Shown piece by piece: positions 1-13,224 of a stretch of 64,000 nt of DNA; position 1 is the first letter of the stretch, and each line of letters opens with the position of its first letter. Below the pieces are notes generated by a model. The model searched no databases, was not told the DNA's origin, and worked only from the letters and a program-made list of their open reading frames with translations. The stretch covers positions 1,116,001 to 1,180,000 of the forward strand of contig JAWMAR010000007.1 in NCBI GenBank assembly GCA_036785375.1, written 5' to 3'. The position numbers and the translations under genes are program-made. Source of the DNA: Leucoraja ocellata. Its lineage: Eukaryota.

Positions 1-417
1 CGTAATTGAATTTTGGTTAAGATTCGATCATGTAGAAAGAATGTTTAACCTCATGAGGGATTCTGGGTTGTACTCTATTATCTCAGAGTTTCATGTACAA
101 AGCTGATTTGAATGAGCTGTTTTCTACAGGCAAGGTGGGGTTGCTTTTAACGACTATTTCTTGATTGTTGGGAAGGCAGATATTTCTGTTATACGTAGAG
201 CTATTTCTGAAACCAGAGCCCCCTTGTGGCACTGAGGGGAAGGAGATAGTGGGATGGAATTCATGAGACGAGCTTCTAAGCTCAATACATCTGAAATAAT
301 ATTGGACAAAATAAGATGGACTTCCAACCATAAGCACCAGTTGCATAATTTGTAAGGTAATATACTTTGGTGTCAAATATTTCATTCCAGATATAGTGCG
401 GAATTAGAAATACATTG

Positions 418-620
418 TGTAGGAAGGAACTGCAGTTGTTGGTTTATACCGAAGATAGAAACAAAGTGCTGGAGAAACTCAGCGGGTCAGACAGCATCTC
501 TAGAGAAAAGGAACAGGTGACATTTCGGGTCAGAACCATTCTTCAGACTCCGATTCTGTTCCTTTTCTCCAGAGATGCTACCTGACCCGTTGAGTTGCTC
601 CAGCATTTGTGTCTATCTTC
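418..620. mobile_element. Fold-back mini-Penelope element (two inverted Penelope termini) with 15-bp TSD
   Basis: The arm tgctggagaaactcagcgggtcagacagcatctc...tttcgggtcagaaccattcttcagact is followed by its reverse-complement arm. attagaaatacattg occurs at 403-417 and 621-635. Confidence 0.7.
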
Positions 621-638
621 ATTAGAAATACATTGCTA

Positions 639-958
639 TATCCCTTTCATTGTATATCCCTTTCAATTTTTCTTTATTTTTTTCTTTTCTTTCTTCTCTA
701 TTCTTTTTTGTTTTTCTTGTTTCACCTCTCCTTTTTGTTTTCTCTCGGGCTTTACAGCTTTATGGGCTCTTTTTCTCTCTTTTTTTCACGAACTAACAAC
801 ATCACTACTTTATATAATATTCTCTTTCTCTCTCTTTCTTGCTTTTCTTACTTTTTTCTTACTATTACATTTAAAATAAGAAGTTGTACATGAAATGTAA
901 TATGCTATTCATGTCTTATTATTGTACATTGCTTCTAATAAAAATATTAAAAAAAAAA
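639..958 (+). mobile_element. 5'-truncated poly(A)-tailed retroposed insertion (L1-type 3' UTR or retrocopy)
   Basis: T-rich body, AATAAA then an A-run at ~949-958, perfect 15-bp TSD agaaatacattgcta (624-638, 959-973), TT/AGAA target resembling the L1 endonuclease consensus. Confidence 0.75.
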
Positions 959-1434
959 AGAAATACATTGCTACAGGACAAGGAAAATAAAGAAATTAAT
1001 TTGATTGGCCTTGGAAACTTTGACAGAGTGTGGCTAGAATTCTGTATTTAATTATCAGTATCATTGCACAGGTATGAGCCATTGTATTGGCATTTCCTGT
1101 CGATGTTTTTAAATAAAATTGTGATTCTAATGTAGGTTACGGTTCTCATTTCATTAAACGTAGAAGGTCAGACAAAACCTTTCACAGGGATGAGATTTTA
1201 TCTGACTTATCTTCCAGCATGATCATTTTCGGAAATTTGCAACTCATTATTAAACATGCGTAAAGAGCAAATATAAAGGCGGAAGTTGAAGAGAACTGAA
1301 ATATTTAAAAAATATATACGATGTTCTTCTGCGGGAATGAAAGAACATATTTGGAAAATTAGTTTTACAGTCCCAGGCATTGCACAATGTTCAGCAAAAC
1401 TTTTAAAACTGAGTTTATTATTGCTTACCTCAAG

Positions 1435-1925
1435 AGTAAGAGTAAAGAGTGTTCAATTGTCATATGTGCCCAAATGGAACAATGAAATTCTTACCTGCTG
1501 TAGCATAACAGGCCTGTAAACACAGTATTCAATCAATAATATCATGAACTAACAAACAAGGTTCAATAAATAAAACATGCCTATAATACTGCAAAACAAA
1601 ACGAAAACCCAAAGTTCCTAGTGCAACCAAGATAGTTTGTAGTATATTTTATGTTTGCAGTGTTCAATAGCCTGATGGTTGTTGGGAAGAATCTGTTACT
1701 GAAGCTGGAGATCACGGTTCTCGGATTCGCCTACCTTCTTCCCAATGGCGGGAGTGAAATAAGAGTGTGGTGCGGGTCCTAGATGATGCGTGCTGCCTTT
1801 TTGAGGCAAAGTCTCCGATCAATGCCTTCGATGGTGGAGAAAGTCAGTAACCAAACGGCAGATTCCACCACTCTTTGGAATCTCCTTTGTGCCTGGGTGT
1901 TTTAGTTGCCGAAACCGGCAACCAG
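1435..1925 (-). mobile_element. Rex1/Babar-type LINE 3' fragment
   Basis: Same 3' region as 10870-11265 (gttcaatagcctgatggttgttgggaagaa..., gctgcctttttgaggca). Confidence 0.6.
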
Positions 1926-2439
1926 TCATTGTTCTCTTTACCATACAAGAGTCAACAGTCAAGAGTGTTTTATTGTCATATGCCCGGAAACAGAACTTGC
2001 AGTAGCACAAAGGATATGTAAACGTAGTACTCTATAAGAACCATAATAAACTACAAAAAGTTCAATATTAAATTTTAATTTGAAGTATTTTTTCTAGTTT
2101 ACAGAATGAAATAAAAACAGTAGAGGGAATGCAGGGAGGATTTGCAATGGCCAAACTTGCACTTCCCAGCAGTGGTCTCTGCACAATGATTACATGCAGG
2201 AACTAAAAGGTGCACGCATACAGGGTGAGGACTGACAGACTGATAGAGAAGAATGAGAGCTGAACTGGTTGAGATCTTTAAAGTTGTGAAGGGATGCAAT
2301 CACGTAGGAAGTATGCCTCTATCTGTGGGGAGGCCGAATCTAGTAAGAAAATGTGTAGGAAGGATACTGCAGATACTGATTTACACCGAAGATAGGCACA
2401 AAATGCTGGATTAACTCAGCGCGCAGAAAATGATGATAA

Positions 2440-3130
2440 CTCAAGGTCCAAAGGTCATCTTATTGTCAAGTGTACCAATTAAGGTACAGGGAAATTCGAA
2501 ATACCATACAGCCATACTAACAAAAAGAGCAACAAGACACACAATTACATAAAAGTTAACATAACATCCACCACATTGGATTCCCCATGTTCCTCACTGT
2601 GATGGAAGGCAATAAAGGCCAATCTCATTCCTCTTTATTTTCCCATGGGCGGGGCAGTTGAACCATCCGCAGTTGGGTTGATCAAAGCCCCAACGTGGTC
2701 GAAGCCCCCGTGGTGGGGCGGTCATAACTCCCGCCCCTTGGAGTCCCCGATGTCGGTCTCTAACCAGAGACCGGAGGCTCCCACGGTTGGAGCCCCAAAG
2801 TCGACCCTTGACATGGATCACAAACTCCATGATGGTAAGTCCGCAGGCTCCCGCGACGGAGCGCCCGGTCTATCTCTAGCAAAGGCCGCCAACTCCACGA
2901 TGTTAAGCGGCAATGCGGACGGAGATACGATACAGAAAAAAATCGCGCCTCTGTCGAGGTAAGAGATTAGAAAAAAGTTTCCCCCAACTCCCCCTTCCCA
3001 CCCCCCACAACTCACATAGCAAGCTAAAGAACACTAAAAAGCATTCATTTAACACATACAAAATGGACACAAAGAAGGCAAGGACAGGAAGACTGTTGAC
3101 GAGGTAGCCATAGATGGCGCCACCCAGTGG
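2440..3130 (-). mobile_element. GC-rich non-autonomous retroelement with Rex-like 3' tail
   Basis: Shares the catccaccaca...ctcactgtgatggaaggcaa block and gtaagtccgcaggctc with 8920-9837; no credible ORF. Confidence 0.55.
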
Positions 3131-3538
3131 GGAGAAGGGTGTGTTGAGAATGTAGAATTACCTAGAGGTATTACGTGGTTTTAGATGTATTTGATATGTT
3201 GATGGGGGTCAGATGAGACAAGGATGGATACACTGTTGATACTGGTCTATTTAAATGTTGTAAAATTAATTCTTAATTCAATATAATTCTACTCATGGGA
3301 TACTCATGCAGGGTGGAACAGGGGTTTGTTTTGGAATGCGGGTGAATTTAGGAATAAGAATACTTTATTGTCACATGTGACTAGGCACAGTGAGATTCTT
3401 TGCCTGCATGCCCAATATAATTTATTTGCGGTGTAGTGATATTTACGACATTCAGCAGTAGTATCATCTCACGTCTGAGAGGTTATAACTAAACATTTAA
3501 TTGCCAAAGTCACTAAAATCTTTGCTTATATTTTCAAG

Positions 3539-3615
3539 CAGGATCTTGTTTTGAGATGCCTACCAGTGAAACTGATCAGTCATCAGGACACTTTGATGGG
3601 AAGGCCGGAATTAAG
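3539..3615 (+). CDS. ARHGEF28: ARHGEF28 internal exon (phase 1-0; GSCFEMPTSETDQSSGHFDGKAGIK)
   Basis: Acceptor ttttcaag|cag (NAGNAG, alternative start 3542), donor AAG|gtaatt; open frame phase-compatible with the next exon. Low-conservation region, assigned by position and frame. Confidence 0.65.
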
Positions 3616-4210
3616 GTAATTGATTTATTGCTTCACCGTCCAGTTTAAGTAAGTAAGTAAGTACGTTTATTGGCCAAGTATTCACATACAAGGAATTTGC
3701 CTTGGTGCTCCACCCACAAGTAACAACATGACATACAGTGACAATTACGAATGACTCAGAAAACACTAAACATTAATAATAATAAAACATTAATGATAAA
3801 ACACCATTGATCAAGTATGTGAACCAACAAAATACCAGATCAAAGGGAGGCTACAAATTTTTGGCTGTTGAGTAGAGCAACTACTCGTTGATAAAAATTG
3901 TTTTTATGTCTGGCTGTGGCAGCTTTGACAAGCCAGGTCTGAATGAGTGTCCATTTAGTGTTCTTTGACAATATTTGGGATATTACATATTTCTGTGAGA
4001 TTAGATTGCTTGGATATGATACATAGTACCCTAGGGATCTGTTTATTTTCATAAGAAGATTTCTGTTTTGAAAATCGCATTTTTATTTGGCATTCGAGAG
4101 CAAACGGTGGTAGGTGTTTCATTTTATCAACATCAACCATATGAGCTTTGAAACATTTTGACAAATTTTGCTTTTTCAAGAAAGTTTAATTTTTTGGGGG
4201 AACATAATTT

Positions 4211-4633
4211 TAGTTTTAGTTTAGTTTAGAGATACAGCGCAGAAACAGGCCCTTCGGCCCACTGAGACCTCGCCAACCAGCGATCCCCGCGCATTAACAC
4301 CATACTACACACATTAGGAACAATTTACATTTATACCAAGCCAATTTACCTACATATCTGTACGCCTTTTGGAGTGTGGGAAGAAACCGAAGATCTCGGA
4401 GAAAACCTACGCAGGTCAAGGGGAGAAAATAGAAAAATAGGTGCAGGAGTAGACCCTTCGAGCCAGCACCGCCACTCAATATGATCATGGCTGATCATCT
4501 AAAATCAGTACCCCGTTCCTGCTTTTTACTCATATCCCTTGATTCCTTTAGCCCTAAATCTAACTTTCTCTTGAAACATACAAACTCTGTACAGACAGCA
4601 TAGTCTGGTTCGAACCCGGGTCTCCACTGCTGC
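4211..4633 (-). mobile_element. HE1-type tRNA-derived V-SINE split by a CR1 3'-tail insertion (~4428-4577)
   Basis: (ctaaa)n tail and V-domain on the minus strand; B-box-like remnant ggttcgaaccc resumes after the CR1 tail. Confidence 0.75.
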
Positions 4634-4971
4634 AGTATGAATATATCTGCACAATCAACAATCTTTTGACCTGCATAGTCCAGATTTTCTATTTTATATC
4701 CTCTGTGCCTCTGATGAGCAAATGCATCAAGATCTCTGGACATTTCCATTTATAGCCAACAATGTGCAAGGCAGCCTGCGACTATTTCCAGAATTTCCTT
4801 TCAACCTTACCTGGTTCAAACCATCTTCTGCCCATACAGAGGCAAGCTTTCATGGTGCCTACAGCTTGCGATGATTGCATATCCCAACCTCCACCTATTG
4901 ACCTGGTGACCTGATCTAGACCACTGATCCCACCTTGACTACCAATTGTACTCCCCAACAACGAAACATAG

Positions 4972-5140
4972 CAACCAAGCATTACCCCACCTCTACCTGA
5001 CAACCAAGCCTCACCCCACCTCTACCTGACAACCAAGCCTCACCCCACCTCTATCTGACAACCAAACCGTATCCTATCTCCACCTGACAATCAAACCCAG
5101 CCAACTTCCAACCCCCTCTCTACCCTGACAACCAAACACT
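4972..5140. repeat. 29-bp minisatellite (caaccaagcctcaccccacctctacctga)n
   Basis: Units start at 4972, 5001, 5030, 5059 and 5088, degenerating rightwards. Confidence 0.9.
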
Positions 5141-7008
5141 CATAGGGTAGTGAACCTAGCTCCCAGTTACTGATCTTAGCAACTATCAAGCCTTTCTCTG
5201 GACTACACAGCTGGACTCGTACACAGCTGGACTTGCAATCGTATCCCTAAACTAACAACCCTACTCTCTTAAAACCAACCTTACACTTGGATTATGGATC
5301 TCACTTGCATAGTCCACTTTTTCTATTGTATATCCTCTGTGCTTCTGATGAGCAAATGCATCAAGATCTCTGGAAATGCATCATGATCCCTGTGGACTCA
5401 GGCTTGACCCCACCTCTGGAAGCTGTCTCATTTCCTCTGTGCAATAGATTGTGTAAAAGGGAAGGGCCTTGTTGCCAGGCTGAATTATCCAGCAATAATC
5501 ACATGCACAAGAACATTCATTAGCCCATCAAACCGCCTGAGTAATAAAACTTTGGAACTGCCACCCAATTATTATATTCAAATGGGTGAACAACTCAGAT
5601 GATGAACTAGGATTATTGCATTATTTAATGCAAAAAGCATGTTTTCCATAATGTGCTGAAACATTGCTTATGTATGTTTAAAGTGTAAGTTTACCTGCTA
5701 GTTTATGTCAAGACATTAAATTAATTTATGAATTTATTGTGGCATAAGTTTTAATATTAGATGAACAGCTTTACTTGTTTATTATTTATTGTGAACAAAC
5801 CAAAGTGCTGCATCCCCTTTAAGGAGTAGATTAAGGTTTACCTTGGCTCCTTGTTGTGGTATTTTGTAAACTGGCAAAACTATGGGGCCCTCATAATAAA
5901 TTCTTAAAGATTGTACCAATTATACTCGTAATTGATTTGTGTGTCACATTTATCATTGGAATTAACCTTTGAAAATACTTTGTATTAAAAATTGAGTTCA
6001 AAGAATGGTGGCATTGGATACTCAGAACTGTATTTTAATGTAGTTTGAATGCAGAGCATTGTGCAATGTCCAGACCTGAAAGCTTTGATAGAAAGTAATG
6101 AAACGTTTGCAGATCTTACCAAACTGATTTTAAAATTCATATATTACTAAAAGTAAGTAATTAGCCAATTTGACATATCCCTTGACATATATTGCAATAA
6201 CCTAGATCGGTTATGATAAGGTATAATGGAAGCAAACTTTGAAGGACTAAAATTCAGGGTGGATGCAGTGCCAGTGGTTTCCTAAGTACTGCATTGTGTA
6301 AATCTGGACTTAATTTTCTCTTGGATAAGGCATTGAGCTGTCAGCTGTAATTTATAGAGCAAGAGAAAGAAATAAAAGAAAATAGCAGGCCTATTATGAA
6401 ACTTGAACTGTGCATGTTGATTACAGTTGTACAAACTTTTCTTTTCAACTTCAATAGATGAAACACCATTAATGATCAGTAGATTTGTGCATGATTTTAT
6501 TCCTCTTTAACACACACGCGCACGCGCACACGCACACAGTATTGTAAAAATACTTAAGCCCATTGTCCGTGACACACTGCATCCGTGGAGGATCATATGA
6601 TATTCATTTTCTCTCCTTTTTATTTTGAGAACTCGTATTAATGGCCACACATTAAGATCCAAGTTTTTACTCTTTTGGAAAAGATACAGACAAAGGATTT
6701 ATTTTTGGCCCCATTTGCATTATTCTGGGAAGCCAATAGTTGGCTGAACATATTTCTTTGCAACTGTTTTTGTAAAGAACAAAATGACTTTAAAATTATC
6801 AGGGTGATAATTTTGATTGTACCCAAGACGTAAGATTATGATGTTTCTTATTTGCAGAGTAATAAGTTACAGCATAATGAGAATTTGGCCCAGTGCTGAG
6901 AGAGGATATGACACAGTTTTCTGTTAATTTTGGCAGTGTGATTAACTGATATCTAAAAAACAATTGTGCATGTTGACGAGACTAATTAATTTTCTTCCAT
7001 CAATTTAG

Positions 7009-7078
7009 CCTGTTAGCATGGTGGAAGACCAAAGAAGTTCATCACTGGATGAAGTGCATCAAAACTTACTGGATACAG
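7009..7078 (+). CDS. ARHGEF28: ARHGEF28 internal exon (phase 0-1; PVSMVEDQRSSSLDEVHQNLLDT)
   Basis: Acceptor tttcttccatcaatttag|, donor ACAG|gtactg; the 70 nt bridge phase 0 (3615) to phase 1 (37910). Confidence 0.7.
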
Positions 7079-7436
7079 GTACTGGAGATTGTTCAATATT
7101 TGAAAATGATGCACAAATTTGGAAAGGAGCATAGGTAATAATAATAATAATATCATTTATTGCCATTGCACATATGTGCAACGAGATTTGGTATGCAGCT
7201 TCCATCCAATGTCATATACACATACAACTAATAAAATTTAGATTTAGATACCCCGAGAAACATGATTTATAAAAAGAACAGTAAAACAGTGAAACAGTCA
7301 AAACAGTCTAAAGTGCAATTGTGTCTGAGCCGGGTCGATGTGCAACGTGACCATCCGAGGGAGACAATTCATGGGGGTGGGGGGGCACTCAGCAGGGCCG
7401 GTTCAGAGCAGCTATAGCTCTGGGGATGAAGACAAA

Positions 7437-7765
7437 GACATAGGAGCAAAATTAGGCCCTTAAACCCATCGAGCCTGCTCTGCCATTCGATCATGGCCGA
7501 TCTATTTCCCCTCTCAACCCAATTCTCCTGCCTCTCACCGTAACCTTTGACACCCTTATCAATCAAGAACATATCAATCTCAGCTTTAAAAATACCCAAT
7601 GATTTGGCCTCCACATCTGTCTTTGGCAATGAATTCCACAGGTTCGCCACCCTCAGACTAAAGAAATGTATCATCATCTCCATTCTAAAGGTACATTCTT
7701 TCATTTTAAGGTTATGCCCTCTGGTCCTAGACTGTCCTGCTATTGGAAACATCCTCTCCACATCC
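7437..7765 (-). mobile_element. CR1/HER1 LINE 3' fragment
   Basis: Translation SRTRGHNLKM...FFSLRVANLWNSLP..VEAKSLGIFKAEID is the CR1 ORF2 C-terminus. Confidence 0.9.
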
Positions 7766-8919
7766 ACAGACAGACACAATATGCTGGAGTAACTCAGTGG
7801 GTCAGGCAGCATCTCTGGAGAAAATGGATAGATGACATTTCAGGGTCGGGACCCTTCTTCGGAGCCTCCTATTCTATCTAGGCATTTCATTATTTGATAG
7901 GTTTCAATGAGTCCTCCCACCCTCCCCTCCTTCCTCATCCTATAGGTTAAAATACATGCATAGAAATTCATTGCCATCTAATGGTGTTAAAAACCCAAGC
8001 TGGTTCTCGACCTCTTGCTTTCAAAATTAATTTCTTTAATTGAAGCAAATGCAAATAATTTAAATAATAATGTATGTATTGTTGAAATTGCGTTTCTGGA
8101 TCATAAATTATTTAAAAAAAAAAACAGGGAGCAACTCTTTTCAATCATTCTGTTCATGTGAATGATGACAAGCATTCCCATGGTTTACAGTTATCATTGT
8201 TCTTTATAGTCCATCTAGAATAGCAAAATTGAGAACTGAATTAACTGTAGCATTGTATAACCATGGTAAATAAATGGACAGATTTCAGTAGAATTGGTGT
8301 TAATATTTTAAAATTAAAGTAATGAACACTTTGATATATAATCCATTGGGAATATTTTTATTGGCCAACATTATTAGGCATTCAATTAATTAATAAACTG
8401 ATGAAGAATTTAGATTATGATTAATGCTTCAGTTTAATATAATCGGTGCCAAGTTAATGTACTGATTGAAATTGAAAGGAGGGAACACTTAATGAACCTT
8501 AACAGTAATTCAAGCACTGACTGCACCTTCCAGTGAATCACTAAACATTCAGTGGCAGAAGTTTTAGTTAATTAACCTTAAACCAGCAATAAAATGTTGA
8601 TTCATTGCAGCCTTTTGAAAAAGCAATTTGTTTGTGTGATTGTAATAATCATCCTATTTATTTGCAAATTTCCGGTTTGATCTTTAATGAGGTGACAGTA
8701 ACTTTAATTTTTCATGATCATTTCACAAACATAACTTTTTTTTATTGGTTCCTGTACTGGATCATAACACGCTACTTTCATTTCTGGTTATATTTCTGTT
8801 AATGACTGAATATCTAGAAATTCATTCCTGGCCGAGCTCTTAATTTTAGAGCTTCTTAGTTTAGAAATACAGCACAGAAACAGGCCCTTCAGCCCACCGA
8901 GTCCACGCCGACCAGCGAT

Positions 8920-9837
8920 TAGATTAGATTAGATTAGATTTTATTTGTTGTCATTTGAACCCAGAAGTTCAAACAAAATTTGGTTTCTGCAGTCATACAA
9001 ACAAGAAGAAGAATCAAGACACAACACAATTTACACAAACATCCATCACAGTGAATCTCCTCCTCACTGTGATGGAAGGCAAAGTCTTATCTCTCCCCTG
9101 CACTCCCCATTCTCCTCCCGATGTCAAAGTCAAAGCCCCCGATGGGCGATGGTAAATAAGTCTTGCTGTCTTTAAAGCCGCGCCAGGCGATGCAAGGCCA
9201 CGCTCCGTGTCTTGATGCTGGGGCCCCCGGCGGGCGCTAGCAGGTCCCGCGGCGATGCAAGGCCACGCTCCAGATCTTGATGTTGGAGCCTCCGGCAGGC
9301 GCTAGCAAGTCCCGCGGCAATTTGAAGCCTCCCGGGGAGATGTAAGGCCCCGCTCCAGGTCATCCTCAACCCCGCAACTAGGGCGGGAGAAGTCGCCATT
9401 GCGAAGCCCCGAAAAGCGGTCTCCCACCAGGGACCCGCGGGCTCCCGGTGTCACCGTCCACCAGACCTGTGGCTGGAGCCTCCGAATCTCCGGGGTCGGG
9501 CCGCAGCAGCGCGCCACCACAGCTCCTCCCGCTCCGAACTCAGCCAGTCCGCGATGGTAGTAAGTCCGCAGGCTCTGCGACTGGAGCCCCCAGGTCGTTC
9601 CGGTTGGAGGCCGCCCACGGTGCTGGGTCCCAACGACAATGGAGACCCGACAGGGAAAAGGTCGGGTCCACCGTACAGGGAAAAGATTTTTAAAGCCCCC
9701 CCCCTCCACACACACACACCCAGTTAAAAAACCCACTGTAAAATACACTCAAACGAGACAAGAAAATTAAAAAAAGACAGACGGATTGCAGAGGCCGCAG
9801 CGATGTGGCTCGCGCTGCCCAGACACCTAAACACCTA
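8920..9837 (-). mobile_element. GC-rich non-autonomous retroelement inserted in an HE1 SINE (host halves ~8855-8919 and ~9838-10040)
   Basis: (gatta)n tail at the left end; the SINE sequence accagcgat|cccc is split around it; related to 2440-3130. Confidence 0.65.
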
Positions 9838-10574
9838 AGATCCCCCACATAATAACACGATCCTACACACTAGGGACAATTTACAATTTCACCAAGCTAA
9901 TTAACCTACAAACCTATACGTTTTGGAGTGTGGGAGGAAACGAGTTCCAAGGGAATACTCATGCAGGTCAAGTGAAGAATGTACAAACTCCGTACAGCCA
10001 GCACCCGTGGTCATGATCGAACCCGGGTCTCTACCGCTGCACCACCATACTGCCATCTGTCTCCTCACTGTCATTTGGGATGAATTTGTATTCATGTATT
10101 TTAAAAGACTATCGGGGAATTAAGTTGCTCGGTCTGTATGATACAAGCTCAATGTGGATCAAGAGCCTGATTACACACAGCCTGATGTTCTTTTTTATTA
10201 AAGTTAACAGAAAGGATAATAAAGCCCATTGCAACACAAATTGTCCAGTTGCAATGAACCATTTTATACTGCAGATGAAAGACTAAATTAATCTTTTCAA
10301 TAAACCACTACCAGTTTGGTTTATTGTCACGTGTACCGAGGTACAGTGAGAGGCTTTTGTTGCTTTTGTTGGTGCTCTTCTCCCACAAACACTCACCTGT
10401 CTACCTTGTTTTCTTTTCCCTATAATTTATCCCCTGTCATCCAGCTCCACCTATCACTTACCAGGCTCTGTGTCTCCCCTCCCTCAATCCATCTGACCAT
10501 TATTCCCTCCCATCCTGTTATAATTCCCTTTGTACCACCATATACTGGCAGTCTTTCCCATCCGCTCACAGTCC

Positions 10575-10785
10575 TAGTTAAGGGTCTTAACCTGAAATGT
10601 CGACTGTTTGCCTCCACAGATGCTGCTTGACCTGCTGAGTTCTTTCAGCCGGTTTCGGGTCGAAGGGTTTCGGCCCAAAACGTTACCTATCTCCTTCGCT
10701 CCATAGATGCTGCTGCACCCGCTGAGTTTCTCCAGCATTTTTGTGTACCGTCGATTTTCCAGCATCTGCAGTTCCTTCTTGCACA
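10575..10785 (+). mobile_element. Tandem Penelope-terminus fragments with hammerhead remnants
   Basis: aagggtttcggcccaaaacgttacc...gatgctgctgcacccgctgagtttctccagca. Confidence 0.65.
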
Positions 10786-10869
10786 CTAGTTCTTTCAGCC
10801 TCCTGTTTTAGTTCTAGGTTCCAGTATCTACATTCTCTTGTGATTCCAATTTCACCTTTTTGTATTTTA

Positions 10870-11265
10870 CATCAAGTCAAGAGTCAAGAGAATTTATTGT
10901 CATGTGTCCCTGATAGGACAATGAAATTCTTGCTTTGCTTCAGCACAACAGAACATAGTGGGCATTGACTACAAAACAGATCAGTGTGTCCATATACCAT
11001 TACATACGTAAATACACACATGAATAAATAAACTGATAAAGTGCAAATAACAGATAATGGGCTATTAATGTTCAGAGTTTTGTCCGAGCCAAGTTTAATA
11101 GCCTGATCGCTGTGGGGAAGTAGCTATTCCTGAACCTGGTGGTTGCAGTCTTCAGGCTCCTGTACCTTCTACCTGAAGGTAGCAGGGAGATTTGTGTGTG
11201 GCCAGGATGGTGTGGGTCCTTGATGATGTTACCAGCCTTTTTGAGGCAGCGACTGCGATAGATCC
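10870..11265 (-). mobile_element. Rex1/Babar-type LINE 3' end
   Basis: IYRSRCLKKAGNIIKDPHHPGH...LLPSGRRYRSLKT.TTRFRNSYFPTAIRLLN. Confidence 0.85.
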
Positions 11266-11414
11266 AACAAATGGTATCCAACACGGGCTGAGAGGAGACA
11301 TGCATGTTCCTTACTTTCTCCCATTCTCTCTCTCATTAGTCTCTTCCTACATACAAATCGACCTGATTCAGTTGACATTTTTTGACTTCAACGTTGATTC
11401 CTCCACCATTGTTG

Positions 11415-11870
11415 GAGGATGGCGGGGCGGTCATATGAGGAAAGATTGAAAAGACTAGGCTTGGATTCACTGGAGTTTAGAAGGATGAGGGGGGATCTTA
11501 CAGAAACAAATAAAATTATAAAAGGAGTGGACAAGCTAGATGCAGGAAAAATGTTCCGAATGTTGGGCGAGTCCAGAATCAGGGGTCACAGTCTTAGAAT
11601 AAAGGGGAGGCCATTTAAGACTGAGGTGAGAAAAAACCGTTTTCACCCAGAGAGTTGTGAATTTATGGAATTCCCTGCCACAGAGGGCAGTGGAGGCCAA
11701 GTCACTGGATGGATTTAAGAGAGAGTTAGATAGAGCTCTAGGGCTAGTGGACTCAAGGGATATGGGGATAAGGCAGGCACGGGTTATTGATTGGGGACGA
11801 TCAGCCATGATCATAATGAATGGCAGTGCCGGCTCGAAGGGCCGAATGGCCTCCATCTGCACCTATTTTC
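11415..11870 (+). mobile_element. CR1/HER1 LINE 3' fragment
   Basis: SYEERLKRLGLDSLEFRRMRGDL...RGHSLRI; NLWNSLPQRAVEA. Confidence 0.9.
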
Positions 11871-12794
11871 TAGTTGGTCTGAATTTCATCCTATAGATAT
11901 GTGTAAGCCTGGATTAAAACATTAAATTGGGTTACAAATGAGGAAGTAAGGTAGAAATAGACAAGTGGTGAATGTTCTTTAGATGGAAAACAGAAACAAA
12001 GCATACTAAAGGTGGACACAAAATGCTGGAGTAACTCAGTGGGACAGGCAGCATCTCTGGAGAGAAGGAATGGGTGACGTTTTGGGTCGAGACCAAAGCA
12101 AAGGATACTAAATGAGTAAAGCAAATCTTATTAATCGAGCAAATCAACGGACTGCCTACATGAATTATTCACCCTGCTAAATTCACAGGACATTTTTTGT
12201 GGCTTCTGCTAAAGCATATTTTAGGCTTTTAAATATCAAATACCTTTTTGTGGACTTCATCCAGAGAATGGATCCACGTCACTTGTCTTACTTATCAAAT
12301 TCCAGCATCTATCTTTACCTCCACCCCCAGTAACCTCCTCTCCCCAAACTTGCTCTATTGCCGTCACAAATATTTGTCTCCACTTATCACTAACAAACTT
12401 GTTTCCGAACTCCACCCTTCCCTCTCCTCCACCTGGCACCAACTGCCCATCATGCCCTATCTCACCTGGTTCCTCGTATCACTTGCCTCATCCTTTCCTA
12501 TCACCACTTCATACAGGCTATTTGCCCTCTGCACTAAACGTTATTCCCTTTATCATGTATCTCCACACTGTGGATGGCTTGATTGGAATCATGTATAGTC
12601 TTTCTGCTGACTGGATAGCATGCAACAAAAAAGCTTTACACTCTACCCCGGTACATGTGACAATAAACTAAACTAAAGACCTCCACTCCACAGATGATGC
12701 CTGATCTCCTGAGTATTTAGGGCATTTGCTATTTTTAATTTGGGCCTCTACTGTCTGCTGCATTTTATGTTTTGAATGTTTAAATAATGTTGTC

Positions 12795-13224
12795 ATAACC
12801 ATATAACCATATAACAATTACAGCACGGAAACAGGCCATCTCGACCCTTCTAGTCCGTGCCGAACACATAATCTCCCCTAGTCCCATATACCTGCGCTCA
12901 GACCATAACCCTCCATTCCCTTCCCATCCATATAACTATCCAATTTATTTTTAAATGATAAAAACGAACCTGCCTCCACCACCTTCACTGGAAGCTCATT
13001 CCACACAGCTACCACTCTCTGAGTAAAGAAGTTCCCCCTCATGTTACCCCTAAACTTCAGTCCCTTAATTCTCATGTCATGTCCCCTTGTTTGAATCTTC
13101 CCTACTCTCAGTGGGAAAAGCTTTTCCATGTCAACTCTGTCTATCCCTCTCATCATTTTAAAAACCTCTATCAAGTCCCCCCTTAACCTTCTGCGCTCCA
13201 AAGAATAAAGCCCTAACTTGTTCA
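12795..13224 (-). mobile_element. CR1 LINE 3' end (intact ORF2 C-terminus)
   Basis: LGLYSLERRRLRGDLIEVFK...TRGH...FFTQRVVAVWNELP; (tatatggt)n tail. Confidence 0.92.

Noticed and set aside
87-134. Possible upstream ARHGEF28 exon (SFMYKADLNELFST)
   Set aside because: The needed phase 1 requires a GC donor; no recognisable homology; other candidates (~1137-1167) are equally weak.
595-893. Phe-rich hydrophobic ORFs
   Set aside because: Translation of a T-rich retroposed 3' UTR.
1286-1519. ORF with EIFKKY, vaguely like an ARHGEF28 N-terminal segment
   Set aside because: In-frame stop just upstream, no good splice sites, and it runs into a Rex tail.
7079-7133. Extension of exon 7009 to the gtaata donor
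   Set aside because: Includes an in-frame TAG; the upstream donor fits the phase.
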